The notes beneath the pieces are model-generated. The model did no database searches and was not told where the DNA came from. It saw only the letters and a program-made list of their open reading frames with translations. This document shows positions 59,257-64,000 of a DNA stretch of 64,000 nucleotides, in pieces. Origin of the DNA: Candidatus Zipacnadia bacterium (GTDB lineage Bacteria > Armatimonadota > Zipacnadia > Zipacnadales > UBA5352); NCBI GenBank assembly GCA_029820295.1, contig JALGVA010000003.1, positions 4,161 to 68,160 on the forward strand. Reading direction: 5' to 3'. The translations under genes and the position numbers were made by a program. Position 1 is the stretch's first letter, and each line of letters opens with the position of its first letter.

Positions 59257-59285
59257 ATTGTAGAGCGGTGGTAAGGGGTCGTCAA
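59257..59285 (-). promoter_or_regulatory. sigma70 promoter for pdxT
   Basis: TTGACG-N17-TACAAT on the minus strand. Confidence 0.75.
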
Positions 59286-59450
59286 GCATGACGCCCTTCC
59301 TCCGTCCGAGCGACCTCGGCCCCCTTCCGCCCTGCGCGCTGTGCGTGCAAGCGGGACAGAGGGCCAAGGTGTGGCGGGCGCCGACCGGCACGGCGTGAGG
59401 CCCCCCGTGCCGCGTGTAGTTGCCGGAAGCTGGCCGCCGGTAGCTGGCAG

Positions 59451-61217
59451 CTATGAGTACGCCCGTACCTCAAAGATGCGCGCCTGGGCGTCCCCGTTGG
59501 TCGCCGTACAGGTGATGCGCAGGGCGGTCGCGGTGAGTGACTCGAAGTGATGGACGCGGCGGCGCAGGTAGTTGTCGGTCCGGCGCTTCACCTCGACCCA
59601 GCTCCCGCCCACCTCCAGCTCGACCACGTAGTCGCGCACCGTCTCCGGCTGCGGGCCGCGCACGATCCGGCTGTTGAAGCCGTCGCTGTGCGTAAGCGTG
59701 AGCGGGCGCGCGAAGCCGGTGTCGAAGATGATCTGCACCTCGGAGACCTCGCGCGGGCCATCCCAGCGCAGCTCGATGCTCTGCGGCAGGTCATGCCCCG
59801 GAGCCGACGCCCACTGGTGCTCGTTGCCGTGGCGATGGCGCGTGACGCCGGACAGGATCTGCGCCGGCTCGCGGCCCTGCTCGTGGCTGGTGGCGGTCAC
59901 CTCGGCATGGCGGGCGAGGTCGTCCGGGTCCTCGTTCACGATCTCGGGGATGAAGTGGTCGTCGCGCAGGAGCTGTTGCTGGAGCGTCGCGATGTCGTCG
60001 GCCGACAGGTCGGCCGGGAGGCACAGGAAGTCCACGCAGCGCGCGGCCGCCGCGCCCGCAGCCTGGCCCATCGCCGCGGCGGTGGCGGCCACGCGCGTCG
60101 AGCCCATGGCCATGTGCGTGCAGCTCGCGCAGCGCCCGGCCATCATCAGGTTGGGCACGTTGCGCGAGTAGAGGCTGCGCAGTGGGATCGAGTAGACGTC
60201 CTCGGACTTGAGGTGCCATGAGGGCCGTTCGGGCGAGTAGATGCCCTTGGGCGGGTGCGTGTCGATGCTCCAGCCCCCGTGGGCGATGCGGTCCTCGAAC
60301 AGGCGGCTGGTCATGATGTCGTTCTCGGTGAGCACGTGCGGCCCCATCAGCCGGCGCGATTCGCGCTTGGCGGGCAGCACCCCGAACCAGCGCAGCGCCC
60401 AGTTCTCGGCCCCATGATCGCCGTGGTTCTTGATGTGATCCCACACGCCGAACAGGCAGGCGAGCAGCTCCTGGCGGATCTCGTCCTGGTCCTTGATCAT
60501 GTCCAGCTCGCCACCCCACTCGATCCACCAGTGGCCGTGGCGCAGCTCGCCGTGGCCGCGGAAGGGCAGGTCATCTTCGGACTCGAAGCGCCGGGCCCAA
60601 CGCGGCGGCGTGAACTCCACCGGCGCGCCGGTGTCCTCGGCGATCCACATCAGCGAGCAACCCATGGTCCTGTCGTCGGGACCCTCGGCATGCTCCTCGC
60701 CGAACTCGTCGGGGCCCTCACGGCCGATGCGGAAGTCCGCGCCCGCCTCGAAGCCGAGCTGGCCGTCGCCGGTGCAGTCGATGAAGATGTCGCCCGCGAC
60801 GTGCAGCTCCTCTTCGGTCCACGGTCGGGCGCAGGTGATGCAGCCGATGGCGTTATCCTCGGTCATGGCGGCGCCGACGGCCGCGGTGTTCAGGAACAGG
60901 CGGATGTTGTCCTCGCGCCGCACCCACTCCTCGAGGATCAGGTCCCACATGGAGTTGGAGCGCTGCGGGTTACGCACGGCCTCGGCGAGGCGCATCTCCT
61001 CGATGATGCCGCCCTCGCGCGCATGCGGGCGCCCGCCCGAGCAGTCGGCCCCGGTGGCATGCACTCGCACCTCCGATGAGGTGTTACCTCCCAGCATCGG
61101 GCGGTCGTGGATGAGGATGACGTCCGCGCCCGCACGCGCCGCCGAGATGGCGGCGCACACGCCCGCCAGTCCCCCGCCCGCGACGACGACTTCAGCCTCG
61201 AGACTGCGCCTGGTCAT
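59451..61217 (-). CDS. FAD-dependent oxidoreductase with C-terminal discoidin (F5/8)-like domain
   Basis: VVAGGGLAG, LGGNTSSE, IDCTGDG, RESRRL, NLMMAGR; ends ARIFEVRAY. Confidence 0.85.
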   Translation of the reverse strand: MTRRSLEAEVVVAGGGLAGVCAAISAARAGADVILIHDRPMLGGNTSSEVRVHATGADCSGGRPHAREGGIIEEMRLAEAVRNPQRSNSMWDLILEEWVRREDNIRLFLNTAAVGAAMTEDNAIGCITCARPWTEEELHVAGDIFIDCTGDGQLGFEAGADFRIGREGPDEFGEEHAEGPDDRTMGCSLMWIAEDTGAPVEFTPPRWARRFESEDDLPFRGHGELRHGHWWIEWGGELDMIKDQDEIRQELLACLFGVWDHIKNHGDHGAENWALRWFGVLPAKRESRRLMGPHVLTENDIMTSRLFEDRIAHGGWSIDTHPPKGIYSPERPSWHLKSEDVYSIPLRSLYSRNVPNLMMAGRCASCTHMAMGSTRVAATAAAMGQAAGAAAARCVDFLCLPADLSADDIATLQQQLLRDDHFIPEIVNEDPDDLARHAEVTATSHEQGREPAQILSGVTRHRHGNEHQWASAPGHDLPQSIELRWDGPREVSEVQIIFDTGFARPLTLTHSDGFNSRIVRGPQPETVRDYVVELEVGGSWVEVKRRTDNYLRRRVHHFESLTATALRITCTATNGDAQARIFEVRAYS

Positions 61218-61407
61218 CAGTTAGCCTCCTCGGAGCTGTCACTGCAGGTTGCCGACGTGCAGCATCCTCGCGGACCCAAAGGCCGCGGCGTGCGGGAAGA
61301 CAGTCGCCTGCCAAGCGGGCGTAGCTTCGCGGTCGCTTCGCCGCTCACCTTCAGGCTGCTCCCGGTAACGCCCGGCGCGCACAGATGCGAATGATCTCCA
61401 GGACGTG

Positions 61408-61436
61408 TTGACGGTCGCCGTTGGGGGGATTACGAT
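61408..61436 (+). promoter_or_regulatory. sigma70-type promoter
   Basis: TTGACG-N17-TACGAT. Confidence 0.65.
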
Positions 61437-61487
61437 GACAGTGAGCACTCGTGAGGGCCCCGCCATCAATGTGTGGAGGTGGCACAG

Positions 61488-63878
61488 ATGAGGTGCGCGG
61501 CCGCCTGTCTGGTGGTCCTGGCCGTCATGCCGTGCCACGCGGCCTGGGTGAAGATGACCTCGCTGTCCGACGCGATGCGGTCCGCAAGCCTGAACGTCAC
61601 GTTCACCACCGGCGACTTCCTCGAAGACGGCAACCACGGGTGGGTCGCGGGCCACTACCGCTCCGAAGACGGCCTGCGAGTGGCGGTCTTTCGCACCGAG
61701 AACGGCGGCCGGCGCTGGATCGGCACGTATACCGACGTCGCCGCCACGCCCGCGACCGCTATCGACTTCGTCGATGCCGACCACGGCTGGCTGCTGGCGA
61801 GCGACTCCCGCATCTACCGCACCGATGACGCAGGGCGGTCGTGGGAGCGCGAGAGCATCCTCGGCGGTACGTACTGTGTGCTGGACCTGGCCATGCTCGG
61901 ACGAGATCAGGGGTTTGCATCCGGCAGCGTCTGGGAGGCGGGCACTTCCGCGGTCTTCGAGTACCATGCCGACGAGCGCGAGTGGCAGCAGGTCAGCACC
62001 TGGGCCGCGGGGTCGCTCAGCGCGCTGGCGGCGCGCAACGTCAACCGCGTGTGGGCGGCGGGCCTGACCGCCGGGGACGACTACCTCGCGCGGCGCCGCA
62101 CCGGTGCCGACCGGTGGCAGCCGATGACCATCCCCTCGTATGTGCAGGCGCTGTCGTTCAGCTCTGACTCCCGCGGCTGGGCGGCCTGCACGTCAGGGCG
62201 CATCTTTGCCACCGCCGACGGTGGCGAGACGTGGATCGAGCAGGAGACGCCGGTCTTCTACGACCTGCAGGACATCCTCTTCCCTCGCGGGAGCGCCAAG
62301 GGGCTCGCCATCGCCGCGGAGACGGGCGCTGTGTTGAGCACCACCGACGGCGGCGAGACGTGGGGCGTCGCGGCCGGACCCGAGCGGGCGTCCGAAATCC
62401 TGTGGGACGGCGGGCGCTTCCTGATCGTGGCCCGAGACGGCCTTTACACGTCCCCGACCATCTCCCGAACGCTGGTGCCCGGTCTCCAGCGTCTCGAACC
62501 GCGCAGCGGCGGCGTGCGTGAGATTCTGCCCATGCCCGGCCCGTTCGTCGCGCCCTGGCACCGGTGTCGGACCATCGAGGACGTGCGTGGTTCGGCGAAC
62601 ATGGTGGCGGCCAGCTTCCTCGACGACGGGGAGCATGCCTGGGTACTGGCAGAGGGCCGGTTGCTGCTGCGCACGCGCAATGGTGGGGTGAGCTGGGAGC
62701 GCCTCACGGTTCCGCGGGATGTGCGCACGCCGCAGAGCGTGACCTTCACCGACAGCCGCAACGGCTGGCTGTGGGGTGGCGACCCGTGTATCTGGCGCAC
62801 CGGCAACGGTGGCGAGACGTGGGCGGTGGAGAATGTGGACGGCGGGTGGAACGCCAATGACTTCGTGAGCGCCCTGGGGATGTTCGACGCCAGTTCCGGC
62901 GTTGCCGCGGTCAGGTTCGCCGGCCGGCCAGGTCGCACCGACCTGCTTCGCCGGTCCCCTGATACTGGAGTATGGACGATTACCGAGCACAGCCTCCCCT
63001 ATCCGGGCAGCACCAGGCTGGCGGTGCTCGACCCAAGTTGCGTGTGGGCGATGAGCAGTGGCCAGCACGGCCTGCGCACCCAGCGCTTCCCCGAGATGGA
63101 GCGCATGAGTCTGGGCACGGAACGCAATTACAGCGTCCGGGCGATCTCCTTTGTCGATCCGGTTCACGGCTGGGTAGCCGCCGGGACGCTGGCCTTCCGC
63201 ACGGAAGATGGCGGACGCAACTGGACAGGATACGTGGCACCGGGCGGGGACCCGGCCCACTACCCGATCGACATCCGCTTCGACAGTCCCACGCACGGCT
63301 ACGCCATCACACGCCTGGGATGGGTGATCGAGAGCGAAGACGGCGGCGAAAGCTGGCGGCGGCGCTACGAGGCAGACCGGCCGAACCTGATCTCCGTGCA
63401 CTGGTTCGGACGGCATAACGACACGTGGTGGGCGCTGGCCGAGGATGCGCTCTATACGAACGCGCCGGAGCCGGGGCCGGCGCCGACGCTGCGACCGCCT
63501 GACGGGGCGGGGCGGGCGCTCGCCCGCGCGCTGCTCGTGTGGGCGGAGGTCACGGGCTGGGCGGACAACGGCGTGAACCCTAACCGGGGCATCGCCGGCC
63601 GCGAGGCGCTGTTCGGCGTGCGGTGGGATGCGCGCAACGCCGAGCCGCCCGCGGACCTGCGCCTGCTGATCCGTCCCCCCGGCGGGGCCACGCAGGAGCT
63701 GCACCTGCGGCCGCTCGACTACTTCAGCGCGCAGGAGCGTCCGGGCGGCTCGGACTGGGGCGTGGCCTACACGCCGCCGGTTGCGGGCGAGTATGCCTAC
63801 CGCTTCGTAGGCAGCGACACCGCCGGCAACGCCTGCCACGGTGAGCCGAACGCGGGCGCAGTCTGGAACGTCGAGTAG
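61488..63878 (+). CDS. Secreted YCF48/BNR-repeat double beta-propeller protein
   Basis: Signal peptide; many T/SxDGGxxW repeats and FxDxxHGW motifs. Confidence 0.8.
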   Translation: MRCAAACLVVLAVMPCHAAWVKMTSLSDAMRSASLNVTFTTGDFLEDGNHGWVAGHYRSEDGLRVAVFRTENGGRRWIGTYTDVAATPATAIDFVDADHGWLLASDSRIYRTDDAGRSWERESILGGTYCVLDLAMLGRDQGFASGSVWEAGTSAVFEYHADEREWQQVSTWAAGSLSALAARNVNRVWAAGLTAGDDYLARRRTGADRWQPMTIPSYVQALSFSSDSRGWAACTSGRIFATADGGETWIEQETPVFYDLQDILFPRGSAKGLAIAAETGAVLSTTDGGETWGVAAGPERASEILWDGGRFLIVARDGLYTSPTISRTLVPGLQRLEPRSGGVREILPMPGPFVAPWHRCRTIEDVRGSANMVAASFLDDGEHAWVLAEGRLLLRTRNGGVSWERLTVPRDVRTPQSVTFTDSRNGWLWGGDPCIWRTGNGGETWAVENVDGGWNANDFVSALGMFDASSGVAAVRFAGRPGRTDLLRRSPDTGVWTITEHSLPYPGSTRLAVLDPSCVWAMSSGQHGLRTQRFPEMERMSLGTERNYSVRAISFVDPVHGWVAAGTLAFRTEDGGRNWTGYVAPGGDPAHYPIDIRFDSPTHGYAITRLGWVIESEDGGESWRRRYEADRPNLISVHWFGRHNDTWWALAEDALYTNAPEPGPAPTLRPPDGAGRALARALLVWAEVTGWADNGVNPNRGIAGREALFGVRWDARNAEPPADLRLLIRPPGGATQELHLRPLDYFSAQERPGGSDWGVAYTPPVAGEYAYRFVGSDTAGNACHGEPNAGAVWNVE

Positions 63879-63921
63879 CCGGACGAGGGCGGCACAGGCG
63901 CACCCGGGCGCGCCGGCCTGG

Positions 63922-64000
63922 CTACCAGTAGCCGCCCATGGAGCGGGCGTGGCGGTGGAGGAAGTCGGCCTCGTCGAGCACCTTGCCGGTGCCCAGCGCG
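63922..64000 (-). CDS. mreB: 3' end of a probable rod-shape protein MreB/Mbl (partial)
   Basis: Reads ...ALGTGKVLDEADFLHRHARSMGGYW*, matching the MreB C-terminal ALGTGKxL motif. Confidence 0.55.
   Translation of the reverse strand, partial: ALGTGKVLDEADFLHRHARSMGGYW

Noticed and set aside
61218..61400. GC-rich region upstream of the FAD oxidoreductase as a possible ncRNA
   Set aside because: Only short hairpins expected at this GC content; no recognisable RNA family motif.

Overview
High-GC (roughly 70% by eye) bacterial chromosomal segment, densely coding, with about 56 CDSs. The lineage is plausibly Armatimonadota or another diderm Terrabacteria group; this is inferred only from gene content. 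I saw no rRNA, tRNA, CRISPR array, transposase or prophage. Housekeeping content: recJ, yjbQ, class V aminotransferase, serA, surE and a PflX-type radical SAM gene; gcvH plus a lipoyl/octanoyl transferase; apgM; ndk; a split class I fumarase; argCJBD; gnd-zwf-pgl; pdxT; and the 3' end of an mreB-like gene. Accessory content: many carbohydrate-related and secreted proteins (GH116, BNR/sialidase-like, Gfo/Idh/MocA, DUF4127, two giant secreted proteins, a YCF48-like propeller), an SH3x6-NlpC/P60 hydrolase, and orphan Flp and TadE pilins. The most interesting signals are non-coding. (1) The ~210-nt argCJBD leader holds a 19-codon uORF ending Arg-Ala-Arg-Arg (CGC GCC AGG CGG TAG) followed by a terminator-like hairpin, a candidate arginine-sensing attenuator. 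(2) An orphan pseudo-receiver OmpR regulator and a convergent small gene each carry a sigma28-like promoter. (3) Strand-oriented AACCGGS heptamer arrays sit right after stop codons. (4) A recurring sigmaH-like promoter motif. (5) A palindromic operator-like site upstream of the Flp pilin. All product calls come from motif recognition by eye, not database searches.
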